From a virus (Duplodnaviria > Caudoviricetes): a DNA stretch of 29,159 nucleotides. The notes beneath the pieces were generated by a model, which saw only the letters and a list, made by a program, of their open reading frames with translations, was not told the origin of the DNA and did no database searches. The position numbers and the translations under genes were made by a program. Shown piece by piece: positions 1-8,103 of the stretch. Position 1 is the first letter of the stretch. The number at the start of each line of letters is the position of its first letter. The stretch covers positions 1-29,159 of IMG/VR virus record IMGVR_UViG_3300030397_000482. The stretch is one strand, 5' to 3'.

Positions 1-17
1 GTTTCCCAGTCACGATC
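1..17 (+). other. Library artefact: random-amplification (Round A/B, SISPA-type) primer tag GTTTCCCAGTCACGATC
   Basis: The first 17 nt match the constant part of the widely used primer GTTTCCCAGTCACGATC-N9 (M13 -40 derived), at the exact contig end. Confidence 0.9.
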
Positions 18-30
18 TGAGCATGTTTTT

Positions 31-837
31 TTACTCGAAGCCGCCGTTGACTAAAAAATCCTCACCGTCGTCGAGCGGGTCGTGGTTTCGGCCGTTTCCA
101 TTGGCAAAAGTTACCACCTCTGGGAGTTCTTCCAAGGGGTAATCTTCTTCGTCTCTTTGGGGAGCTGCTGGCATGGTGGGGGTGTTTGGGGCTGTTTCGC
201 CAGGGGGCAACGTGTTGAGGGTGGCATAGATCGACTCCCAGAGCTGCGCCGCTTGCTGCTCGGCGATGGCTTCAATCTGGCGATTCATGAGCTGCTGAGT
301 TTTCTTCATGACTTTCCCGTTGACGTCCACCTTTTGCTGAATCATGAAGGACGCTACCTCAGCTTGCAGTGCGGCCTCAGCGTCGGCTTCGGCGTAGGCT
401 GGGTCTGACGCTTGGTAATAGAAAATGCCGATGAAGTGGGCGGCGGCCATACTGATCATCATGAATAGACCCAGCATCCCGACTGCGCCACGCATGGGAG
501 ATAGGTCTATCAGATTGGTAGTCATGGCCAAATGGATGGCGCTAACCATTGTGCTGGCTAGCATGGAGACAACGGCTAGGGTGGTGGCGATGCCACGCTG
601 GTCAATGCTTTGACCGTCGCGGCCACGCGCAAGAAACCATGCAATGCTGGCAAAGTCATAGAAAATCGTTAAGGTGATGCCGCCGAGTACAAATGACAGG
701 CCGGGCAGGCTGGTAGGAAATGTTTCTCCACCGTAAGTTCCGCCGAAGAAGAACGTTAGCCCGGCGTTGATGAAAATAACTGCGTACATGAATCCTTTTA
801 CGATACCGGAAAAGATTCTATTTCTTGTTGAATACAT
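31..837 (-). CDS. Hypothetical multi-pass membrane protein (about 4 TM, coiled-coil, acidic/Pro-rich tail)
   Basis: Four hydrophobic segments, then a helical Q/E/A-rich region; ATG at 837 preceded by AAGGA. Confidence 0.8.
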   Translation of the reverse strand: MYSTRNRIFSGIVKGFMYAVIFINAGLTFFFGGTYGGETFPTSLPGLSFVLGGITLTIFYDFASIAWFLARGRDGQSIDQRGIATTLAVVSMLASTMVSAIHLAMTTNLIDLSPMRGAVGMLGLFMMISMAAAHFIGIFYYQASDPAYAEADAEAALQAEVASFMIQQKVDVNGKVMKKTQQLMNRQIEAIAEQQAAQLWESIYATLNTLPPGETAPNTPTMPAAPQRDEEDYPLEELPEVVTFANGNGRNHDPLDDGEDFLVNGGFE

Positions 838-890
838 TGTTTTGTATAATCCTTTTGTTGTTTGGTTGCCGTTTGGCAACTTATCATCTT

Positions 891-927
891 AAAAGCGGCT
901 AGCCAGTTCCTTGGCTGGCCGCTTTTT
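891..927. terminator. Bidirectional intrinsic terminator-like hairpin
   Basis: AAAAGCGGCTAGCCA-gttcct-TGGCTGGCCGCTTTTT, with an A-tract and a T-tract on either side. Confidence 0.6.
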
Positions 928-1126
928 CTATTTCAATCTCCACATACGGTCGATAAACCACCTCATCAGCCATCGCCACCGGTGCCAGCACTGGCCACGC
1001 CTCGCTGCCGTTCGGCCAATCTAAACAGTAACCGGTCGCCTTTTCCAGAATCATTAGCACCAACATGAAGCGTGCTGAGTTCAATATCACGTGCAACATC
1101 CAAAATAATTTGCGTTTCATTTTCAC
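899..1126 (-). CDS. Hypothetical phage protein
   Basis: 75-aa ORF in operon orientation; AAGGA SD before GTG/ATG. Confidence 0.55.
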   Translation of the reverse strand: MKMKRKLFWMLHVILNSARFMLVLMILEKATGYCLDWPNGSEAWPVLAPVAMADEVVYRPYVEIEIEKAASQGTG

Positions 1127-1405
1127 AATTTCCTTGTTTGGTTAGGCAAAGGGCAGGGCGGGTTGGTCGAAATATGGGGGGCCTACTAATAGAACCGCCC
1201 TACCCAAACAGTAAATCAGCAACTAATAAGGCATCACCTCCTTTATTTCACTACCACGCGCTTGCCCAAGCCGCAGTGGCCACCAGCCCCGATTGAGCCG
1301 AATCAACATCTCGCCAAACTGTGAGCGCACCAAAATCGCTTCCTGAGTCGTTTTTCCTGTTTTGTCCATCGGTTTCACCCATTCCGTCCTTCTGATCGTC
1401 CACAG

Positions 1406-1557
1406 CAGCGGCACAAGCTTTTTGCTCTGCCGTTGCTAAGCATGCAAGAAAATCCTCGATGTCTCCATAATTCAGCTCTATGTCTCTTAATGCTTCCTCG
1501 CGCTCACTATCGTCAGCGAGAAGAGTGTTGGCTGCCGTTTTGTGTTCACAATTTTCA
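1406..1557. repeat. 152-bp exact direct repeat, copy 1 (copy 2 at 2267-2418)
   Basis: Base-by-base identity by eye from CAGCGGCACAAGC to CACAATTTTCA. Confidence 0.95.
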
Positions 1558-1873
1558 GGGGCGGGTCAATAGAACAGACGTTCTCGCCTAATCCAGCCAT
1601 CTCTTTCATCAATCTCATCGCCCCAAGCTGATCCAGCAAGTTTTTATGCTCGCTTATTTCCCAGCGAATCACACTTAGCTGCGCTTCATCTGCATACGCC
1701 TTGTCAACTCTGGCCTCAGCGGCCAAAACCTCCTTTTTCATCTGCCGAAGTGCCTCATAAAATCTATCAACACTGCCATACTCAAGCACAATCTTGCTCA
1801 CCATCTCTTCGCGCTTCCGAATCTCAAAAGCAATGCGATTTGCTTCTGGCGAGCCAAATTCTAATCTGCTCAT
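1487..1873 (-). CDS. Hypothetical coiled-coil protein (MSRLEFGSPEANR...)
   Basis: GGAG SD and ATG at 1873 directly after the TAA of the upstream gene; C-terminus runs into the 152-bp repeat. Confidence 0.7.
   Translation of the reverse strand: MSRLEFGSPEANRIAFEIRKREEMVSKIVLEYGSVDRFYEALRQMKKEVLAAEARVDKAYADEAQLSVIRWEISEHKNLLDQLGAMRLMKEMAGLGENVCSIDPPLKIVNTKRQPTLFSLTIVSARKH
1564..1584 (-). promoter_or_regulatory. LexA-type SOS box (AGAAC-N4-GTTCT) abutting a -35 hexamer TTGACC; no matching -10
   Basis: - strand AGAACGTCTGTTCT-A-TTGACC; same 1-nt spacing as at 9704-9724 and 11111-11131. Confidence 0.55.
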
Positions 1874-1897
1874 TGTGTCTCCATTAACGGCCGTTTT
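1868..1897. repeat. 30-bp direct repeat (stop-SD-start module), copy 1
   Basis: - strand AAAACGGCCGTTAATGGAGACACAATGAGC, identical at 2127-2156. Confidence 0.95.
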
Positions 1898-2426
1898 CTT
1901 GTGCCCACTGATAACACGCCGCTTTTGCTGCCTCCTCGCTCTTGTGCGTATACCCGCCGAGATCTCCGGTGGTGTATCGGCCATCGGTGGAAACAGATGC
2001 CTCCCAACAATTCTGATGGGTTTCCGTCACATTGAATTCATAACGCCTCCATGTCCACATCTGATAGTGGACAACTTTGTTGTTTTCCTCATCGAATCCA
2101 GTTTCCCATTTCCATACTGGTGTATCGCTCATTGTGTCTCCATTAACGGCCGTTTTTAAAGCCTTCATGGAATCCAAATCATTGTCCACTTCTATGTACA
2201 AATTTATCGCCCTGTTTATGGTTTTCGGCGATTCTCGATTCTCATACGCCAGTTTTGCCGCCTCGCCAGCGGCACAAGCTTTTTGCTCTGCCGTTGCTAA
2301 GCATGCAAGAAAATCCTCGATGTCTCCATAATTCAGCTCTATGTCTCTTAATGCTTCCTCGCGCTCACTATCGTCAGCGAGAAGAGTGTTGGCTGCCGTT
2401 TTGTGTTCACAATTTTCAATCATCAT
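1884..2426 (-). CDS. Hypothetical protein, probably two in-frame units (2426 start; internal SD+ATG start at 2132)
   Basis: 180-aa ORF with GGAG SD; internal GGAG-N6-ATG (MSDTPVWKW...) lies within the 30-bp repeat. Confidence 0.7.
   Translation of the reverse strand: MMIENCEHKTAANTLLADDSEREEALRDIELNYGDIEDFLACLATAEQKACAAGEAAKLAYENRESPKTINRAINLYIEVDNDLDSMKALKTAVNGDTMSDTPVWKWETGFDEENNKVVHYQMWTWRRYEFNVTETHQNCWEASVSTDGRYTTGDLGGYTHKSEEAAKAACYQWAQENGR
2127..2156. repeat. 30-bp direct repeat, copy 2
   Basis: Identical to 1868-1897. Confidence 0.95.
2267..2418. repeat. 152-bp exact direct repeat, copy 2
   Basis: Identical to 1406-1557; encodes residues ENCEHK...KACAA of ORF 1884-2426. Confidence 0.95.
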
Positions 2427-3076
2427 ATCTCCAATACCAACGGCCGTTGTCTCGGCCGCGTCAAATAAATCTCATTCCATGCCCAATCAGGCTCAGGCAA
2501 ACGCCACACCCAGCCAAACTTTCCACGTGACGAAGGGGCAGGGTTGCCCACTTCATCTACATACAGCGGCTCCGCGTTGCCCAACTTGTAAATCGTGCCT
2601 CGATGATGCCGAGGATCATGATACGAAATGACCAGCCGAATGTGATACGGCTCGTCGGGGAATTTTGGTGGCCAATAGCTAATCCTATCCCGCTGCACCC
2701 GCTGCAAAACCTCATCAATCAGCCAGCTCGCCACCGTTGGCCGAAAGACCCTTTTGCGGTCAACAAAGCCCGGCACAACGCACTTAGTCGCAAATCGGCC
2801 CCCAAACTGAACCGCAGGGTCAAGCCAAATGCGACACAAATCAACCACCTGCCACTGTGTCGGCAACCCCACATACCCCCACCAGCCACGGCACCGCGTG
2901 GCGTGGGGAATGCCAACCGTAATCAAGCCGACAGGAATTTGTGAGAGTGTTGCGATGTAGGAAAACGGCCTAGCCAGAGGATGCGGCCATTGGTGCAAAT
3001 AATGATTTTGCTCAACCATCGCTCGCACCCAACCTTTTTCATGCCGACTTTCAGCCAGCTTAACTGATAATTTCAC
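2423..3076 (-). CDS. Mom-like (GNAT-fold) DNA base-modification protein
   Basis: Motifs NHYLH, VGLITVG, VDLCRIW, SWLI and LVISYHDP-HHRGTIYK-GN resemble the Mu Mom family pattern (HY...ELxRxW...SYAD...GTIYxAxN); GTG start overlaps the upstream TGA. Confidence 0.65.
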   Translation of the reverse strand: MKLSVKLAESRHEKGWVRAMVEQNHYLHQWPHPLARPFSYIATLSQIPVGLITVGIPHATRCRGWWGYVGLPTQWQVVDLCRIWLDPAVQFGGRFATKCVVPGFVDRKRVFRPTVASWLIDEVLQRVQRDRISYWPPKFPDEPYHIRLVISYHDPRHHRGTIYKLGNAEPLYVDEVGNPAPSSRGKFGWVWRLPEPDWAWNEIYLTRPRQRPLVLEI

Positions 3077-3285
3077 ACCATCACCCCCAACTCCTTCTCC
3101 AGCCTCTTCGGCACATCCCACCACCAAAGCCCCTTTGCCGCCGCCTTCCGTTTCTCGCCCAGCACCGCCCGATACAAATCATAAAGCGGCGTCACCGAAC
3201 CCGACACACCCAGCCCGTCGCACATCGCAGCCACGGCCGCATTCAGCTCAACATCATCAACTTCCCAAAACTTACGCTTTTTCAT
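3073..3285 (-). CDS. Hypothetical phage protein
   Basis: GGAGAG SD, ATG at 3285, GTGA coupling to the next gene. Confidence 0.65.
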   Translation of the reverse strand: MKKRKFWEVDDVELNAAVAAMCDGLGVSGSVTPLYDLYRAVLGEKRKAAAKGLWWWDVPKRLEKELGVMV

Positions 3286-3310
3286 CGCACTCTCCATTCA
3301 TACCCCATAA

Positions 3311-3328
3311 TGGACAACAAATCGTCCA
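3311..3328. promoter_or_regulatory. Operator-like palindrome TGGAC-N8-GTCCA, copy 1 (extends to a 12-bp-arm inverted repeat)
   Basis: CCCATAATGGAC-aacaaatc-GTCCATTATGGG, intergenic, followed by an A-tract. Confidence 0.55.
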
Positions 3329-3345
3329 TTATGGGCAAAAAAAAT

Positions 3346-3612
3346 CTACTTAGGTTCCCATGAAGAATTAGCCAAATCAGGTCGCCAAACAAATTGCAAA
3401 AATTCTTCAAGAGGGTAGGCCAAATCCGTGGTGCCATGCTTTGACGGTAGCAGCCCATCAACTCTTGGTTCACCATCAGAACAATCGAGCAACACCCAAG
3501 CAATAACAGGGACATGCTCAATGCCGCCGTGCCCATCTTCTATTTCAGCAAACCAGCCAACAGGGGCGGGGGCTATTTGTTTCATATTGCACATAACTGG
3601 GTCAACTATCAT
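3346..3612 (-). CDS. Hypothetical phage protein
   Basis: 88-aa ORF with GGAG SD; IAPAPVGWFA...PVIAWVL pattern typical of small phage proteins. Confidence 0.7.
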   Translation of the reverse strand: MIVDPVMCNMKQIAPAPVGWFAEIEDGHGGIEHVPVIAWVLLDCSDGEPRVDGLLPSKHGTTDLAYPLEEFLQFVWRPDLANSSWEPK

Positions 3613-3632
3613 CGTATTATCTCCATTCAGCT

Positions 3633-3869
3633 TTACTTGTCGCCGTCAATTTTTATAAAAACAATTTTCATCTCATAGCCACATAACAGAGCTAGTTTTG
3701 CCATGACTGTTAAGGGAAGTTTCCGTTTTCTTCGCTCGTAATGATTAATTGCATGAGACGTGCAATTCACTTGCCGAGCAAGTTCGCTCTGTGACATCCC
3801 CGCCATTTTTCTCATTTCTACAAACATCGGCAACAAGTTATCTAGGTTCACAAATATTTTTGAAATCAT
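3633..3869 (-). CDS. XRE/Cro-family helix-turn-helix regulator
   Basis: MRKMAGMSQSELARQVNCTSHAINHYERRKRKLPL fits the HTH_3 pattern; GAGG SD before ATG 3869. Confidence 0.85.
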   Translation of the reverse strand: MISKIFVNLDNLLPMFVEMRKMAGMSQSELARQVNCTSHAINHYERRKRKLPLTVMAKLALLCGYEMKIVFIKIDGDK

Positions 3870-3900
3870 CAGATACCTCAAAACGATAATTACTGCATTT

Positions 3901-4275
3901 ACTGTCACTTTTGGCGTCACGGCGAGCGTCACACCCTGTCACGGCTGCAGATTTGCCGTGACACTTGCCAACATTCACTGTCACGCCTGTCACGCCAAAT
4001 CCGCTAGGTGTGACACCAGCCGTGACGGCCAGTGACTGCTGATTCCCATAAACTGCGCTTCCTATTATATCTATGCTCTTTATACTCCTTTTGTCACATG
4101 TCACACCAGATTCAAGAAAAAACACTATAGAGAAAGCAAAAAAAACGCAAAGTGATGCAAAATACACAACGAGTGTAAAGCAGTTTACAAAATACATGAT
4201 TATGTCAATATATCTCGTTTTTTTCATCTCTCTGTATGGCCAGCTAGGGGTAAGTGGTGTGACACGTGACACGCT
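3901..4275. other. Putative replication origin: GTCAC/GTGAC iterons plus AT-rich core
   Basis: 14 GTCAC/GTGAC pentamers counted (3904, 3916, 3928, 3938, 3958, 3980, 3989, 4010, 4022, 4032, 4093, 4100, 4259, 4266); AT-rich about 4060-4230; immediately downstream of the primase-helicase. Confidence 0.7.
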
Positions 4276-4286
4276 TGACATAATCA

Positions 4287-7013
4287 TCACAAAACCAGCT
4301 CCTTTTGCTCCGCTTCCGCTTCCGACTCTCCAGAATCGAGCGCAATGCCCACAAAGCCACGCTTGGCGTTCTTGTGCCCCTTGACACGCCGCTGCTTGCG
4401 CTTGAAACCACGCTCAGTCAATGACGTTTCAAACGAGGCCAAGCCCTTGCCGGCAGAACCCATCGCCTTGCACCAATCACGATAGTCCTTTGTCAAATCT
4501 TCAGTAGGGGTGAAGGCTGTATCATCATCAGGATCGGCCGTGGCGCATCGAGCATCCAAATAGATAGCCACAATATCTTGGTCAGCACGATGTAAATCAC
4601 GCAGCAACGCCAAGCGTTTTGGCGTCTTTGGCAAGTTCCCCCGCTCATACCACCGCTTCGCCCCCTCAACAGCCCACCTCAACACCCCTGTCAAGCACTC
4701 AGGCCGCGTTAGCCGCCCCTTAAGCCCTCTATCCTCCTTGCCCAAATAAGAGTGCAAAAAGGGTACCACCCGCGCCCGTCCCCATGCGGCCGTATCATCA
4801 GCATCCATATTCAGCGGGAAATTAGACGCAATCACCACCTTATACATTGGCATATACTCAAAATGGTCACGCCCCTTGTAGCTACAGCGAATAGGGTCTT
4901 CACCCGTCATCTGCTTTAGGTTCGTTGCATTAATCCGCTTGTGCCGATTTGCTTCACTCGCCACCACCAGCCGCGAAGCCTTTAGCGGAGCCAAATCAAA
5001 ACTCTGTGTGTCCTGCTGCCTGTCGGCCGTAAAAGTGGAGATGTTCACCCCTGCCGACAACGGCCGTCCCATCAGCGACATCAAAACCGTCGTAAACGTT
5101 CCCTTGCCGCTGCGAGAGGGGCCATACAGATAGAAAAAAGCATCCTGCTTAGTGTGGCCAGTCAAAAAGTAGCCACAGACCTCCTGTAGCCACGTCATCA
5201 CCTTCACATCCATCGCATGCGATGCCTTGACCCGTTCCTGATAAACTTCCCAAGCCTCACCCTCCTTTTCCTCAACGATGCCAGCCATCACCGAAGAGAG
5301 CCACGCTAGCCACTCCATATCATCGGCCTCAGCATCATAGGGCGTTTCCAAACAATACGTAAAACGCTGGCTGCAATGATGCGGCTCAACCTCACCCGTT
5401 CGCAAATCAAGCGCCCCATTAGCCACATTCAACTTGTCGAGGTCAGCATCAAAATCACCCACTGTCAAAGTCACCATGCTCTGAATTTGCAGCCTCACCC
5501 CCGTCACATTCGGATGGCTAGCCCCCGCCGCCTGAAACAAGCTGCTATCATCAATCTCCCTTGCCACCGCTTGCCGCCGTCGCAAAACATCCGTAATTGC
5601 CCTCTCAAGCCGCGCCTGTGCCCCCTCACGCTCCCAATACTTCCCATTGTAAGCAATCCAGCCCCACTCAGGCACAAAAGCAAACTGACCCGCGTAACAA
5701 GCCAACACACATTGCCCATGACCCTCATGGTCATGTCCCTCCTTTATCAAGATTGAGCGCAGCGGCGAATCCCGCTCGACCGAATCACTACCCCGCGCAA
5801 CCTTCCTTTCCTCCTTTGCCTTTTCACGCGCCAGCAGCTCCGCTTCCGCCGCCTTGATGGCCTGTGTTAGCGTCCCCATCGTCTTTAGACCCAGCGCATC
5901 CTTCAACTGCTCACGAATCAGCGTAAAGCCAATCAAGTCCATCCCCGCGCCCAACTCAAAGACGCGGCGACGCAAGACATCTTTCTTTAGCGGGTCAGCA
6001 TGGGCAGATTTCTCAGCCAGCCACAAGATAAAGGGCTTGGCATAGCCAATCTGCCTCAAGCAATCCTCAGCACTCCCATCCCCTTGCAGCCATTCATTAG
6101 CATCCTTTACCCCATGCGGCCAGCCCATCACATACGTTTTATCACCCGCTATCGGCTTGACCGCCTCAACCCCAACCGCATCCCCATCCAACGCTACATA
6201 AACCCGCTGGTACCGCTCAAGCTGCTTAGTCAACGCATCCGCATAAACACCACACAACGCCACGGCCGGAATATCCCACTGTTGCAGCGTCAAAGCATCC
6301 GCTTGCCCCTCCACCAGCACCACATAATCACTGCTATAGCGCACAGAGGAATTCCACAACGGCCGTCGCTCGCCCAGCGTCTCAGCCTTTGGGTTATAAT
6401 GCTGCTTACCCTCGATGCTGCGCCCCGAAATATAAACACACCGCCCAGCTTGCCAATGCCCATAAATAAACATCCCAGCAGGCATTTGTAAAATCGCCTG
6501 TGCAGGCGTGCAGTTGTCGGGAATTCCGTGAATCTGCAAAAACTCCCCAAATTCCCGCTTGCTCCCATCCCAATATCCACACCCCGCTACCGTCTCATCA
6601 TTCCAGCCGCGCCCCCTTGCCCAAGCAGCAGCAGCAGCCGAATCCGTCAGCTTACGGTGCAGATACGTCATAATCTTGGTCAAGGCATCATTTCGCCTCC
6701 GTTGCGCCGTCAACTTCTTCGCCTCAGCCTCACTCAGCTCCAAAGGAATTCCCGCCCGCCGCGCCAACCGCAGCACCGCCTCCTTAAACGGCATCTGCGC
6801 CTCATTCTGCAAAAACTCAACGACATCCCCGCCCTCCCCTTTGCTATTCCAAAAATAAAGCTGGGCATCAGGGTTCACAACCAGCCCCCCCTCCTTTGTC
6901 CCCTTAACAGGCTTCAAATACTTGCCACGGCCGCGCAGCTCATACCCCATCACCTCACAAACCACATCCTCAATCCTATTCTCAGCCTTAACGCGCTCCA
7001 CATCCATTCTCAT
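4287..7013 (-). CDS. P4-alpha-like DNA primase-helicase (degenerate CHC2 domain, TOPRIM, D5-N, SF3 helicase)
   Basis: TOPRIM motifs VLVEGQADAL, VALDGD and KDANEWL; D5-like LNVANGALDLRTG; Walker A GPSRSGKGT; Walker B LVVASE; LKQMTGED; ATGA coupling at 7010-7013. Confidence 0.92.
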   Translation of the reverse strand: MRMDVERVKAENRIEDVVCEVMGYELRGRGKYLKPVKGTKEGGLVVNPDAQLYFWNSKGEGGDVVEFLQNEAQMPFKEAVLRLARRAGIPLELSEAEAKKLTAQRRRNDALTKIMTYLHRKLTDSAAAAAWARGRGWNDETVAGCGYWDGSKREFGEFLQIHGIPDNCTPAQAILQMPAGMFIYGHWQAGRCVYISGRSIEGKQHYNPKAETLGERRPLWNSSVRYSSDYVVLVEGQADALTLQQWDIPAVALCGVYADALTKQLERYQRVYVALDGDAVGVEAVKPIAGDKTYVMGWPHGVKDANEWLQGDGSAEDCLRQIGYAKPFILWLAEKSAHADPLKKDVLRRRVFELGAGMDLIGFTLIREQLKDALGLKTMGTLTQAIKAAEAELLAREKAKEERKVARGSDSVERDSPLRSILIKEGHDHEGHGQCVLACYAGQFAFVPEWGWIAYNGKYWEREGAQARLERAITDVLRRRQAVAREIDDSSLFQAAGASHPNVTGVRLQIQSMVTLTVGDFDADLDKLNVANGALDLRTGEVEPHHCSQRFTYCLETPYDAEADDMEWLAWLSSVMAGIVEEKEGEAWEVYQERVKASHAMDVKVMTWLQEVCGYFLTGHTKQDAFFYLYGPSRSGKGTFTTVLMSLMGRPLSAGVNISTFTADRQQDTQSFDLAPLKASRLVVASEANRHKRINATNLKQMTGEDPIRCSYKGRDHFEYMPMYKVVIASNFPLNMDADDTAAWGRARVVPFLHSYLGKEDRGLKGRLTRPECLTGVLRWAVEGAKRWYERGNLPKTPKRLALLRDLHRADQDIVAIYLDARCATADPDDDTAFTPTEDLTKDYRDWCKAMGSAGKGLASFETSLTERGFKRKQRRVKGHKNAKRGFVGIALDSGESEAEAEQKELVL

Positions 7014-7495
7014 GAGCCTTGCCCCCCAATCGCAGCAGCAGCGGCCACATCGCCATTTAATACCAACGCCTTGGCCAGCACGCGATCCCCCACCGACCAG
7101 CGGAAGATGGCCGCATGAACATCCGTCGCCGTCGCCTTGTCCTGCACAACCATGCGCCACACCTCAGCCAGCAGCGGCAAATAATCACCATCGTTATCAG
7201 CCAAGCCCTCAAACGCTTCCAATACATTCGTCAGCCGATGAATCAATCGTTCCATCGCCAGACTGTGGTTGGGCGGCGTGCGCCACTCATCCAGTTTCCC
7301 CGTTTTGGCAATTTGCTGCGCCAGTAGCGCAGACTCGCCCCCCAGCCGCCCTAAACCGCTGGGGGGGATTCCCCCCGGTGGCTCCAAAAACACACGCAGA
7401 GCCTCTATCAGCTCCAAATCTTCACTCGCAAGGATACTGCTCCGAATTGTTCCAAATGCTTCAAATCTATCCATTTTGCGCTCCAAATCTTGCAT
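7010..7495 (-). CDS. Hypothetical protein
   Basis: ORF translationally coupled to the primase; start uncertain (ATG 7495 chosen). Confidence 0.65.
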   Translation of the reverse strand: MQDLERKMDRFEAFGTIRSSILASEDLELIEALRVFLEPPGGIPPSGLGRLGGESALLAQQIAKTGKLDEWRTPPNHSLAMERLIHRLTNVLEAFEGLADNDGDYLPLLAEVWRMVVQDKATATDVHAAIFRWSVGDRVLAKALVLNGDVAAAAAIGGQGS

Positions 7496-7559
7496 ACTTA
7501 AACTAATGACGGTTAATCCAATACTATAGGCTGTTTTTAGCCCTAATATTGTTGTAGTA

Positions 7560-7796
7560 TCACAACAATACCCCCATATACGGGACAAACACGCTCTTAG
7601 GCTGGCTCGAAACCAGCACAAAACCCAACCAAATCAAGCAAAATGCCTGAACCCACATATTGGGGTGTTTTCGCCACAAATTAGCGTCATCAACAGCATG
7701 GCCAGCCCACCCGTGGTTGTGGGTGACAGCCTCGCTCCCCTCTATATCTAGGTATATATGGAATTTTGCCGCTTGCTTCGCTACTGCTTTAATCAT
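7560..7796 (-). CDS. Hypothetical protein
   Basis: ATG overlaps the end of the upstream ORF; operon orientation. Confidence 0.5.
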   Translation of the reverse strand: MIKAVAKQAAKFHIYLDIEGSEAVTHNHGWAGHAVDDANLWRKHPNMWVQAFCLIWLGFVLVSSQPKSVFVPYMGVLL

Positions 7797-8103
7797 GGTG
7801 GGGCGGCTCCAAGAGCCTGTCAACGCGGTTGGCCAGCTGCTGCATCACGGCCGTTGCGTCAGCACACAGGGCAGGTAACTCACCATTGGCGCGAACGATG
7901 CCCCCTATGTTGTTGGTAGCCAACTGAATATCGTCAGCCATGTCTTGGGCGGCTCCAATGGCTTCTAAGTAGTCGAATGGCTCTATTGAGCGGCTCTTAA
8001 CGATGGCGTTGAGCAGGCGTTTGAGCTGGACTATTTGCAGTTCTAGCTCGATGACATGCCCCGCCATGATGGTGCCAGTTAGCGTGTGTGGTCGTCCCAT
8101 CAT
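7789..8103 (-). CDS. Hypothetical helical protein
   Basis: 104-aa ORF, AGGGGG SD, ATGA overlap with the upstream gene. Confidence 0.65.
   Translation of the reverse strand: MMGRPHTLTGTIMAGHVIELELQIVQLKRLLNAIVKSRSIEPFDYLEAIGAAQDMADDIQLATNNIGGIVRANGELPALCADATAVMQQLANRVDRLLEPPHHD

Noticed and set aside
1868-2156. Mini-CRISPR array
   Set aside because: Only two 30-bp copies, separated by 229 bp of coding sequence; the repeat is a stop-SD-start element; no cas genes.
1406-2418. Diversity-generating retroelement TR/VR pair
   Set aside because: The copies are identical, with no adenine-specific mismatches. No reverse transcriptase is in the window, and the repeat is not at the 3' end of a receptor-binding gene.
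3838-4384. ORFs 3838-4290 (-), 3760-4035 (+) and 4073-4384 (+)
   Set aside because: Their VT/SR/CH-rich translations simply reflect GTCAC iterons and AT-rich DNA; better explained as an origin.
7397-7422. G/C-rich hairpin CCGCTGGGGGG-gatt-CCCCCCGGTGG
   Set aside because: Lies inside a coding region (PPGGIPPSG) with no supporting context or second copy.
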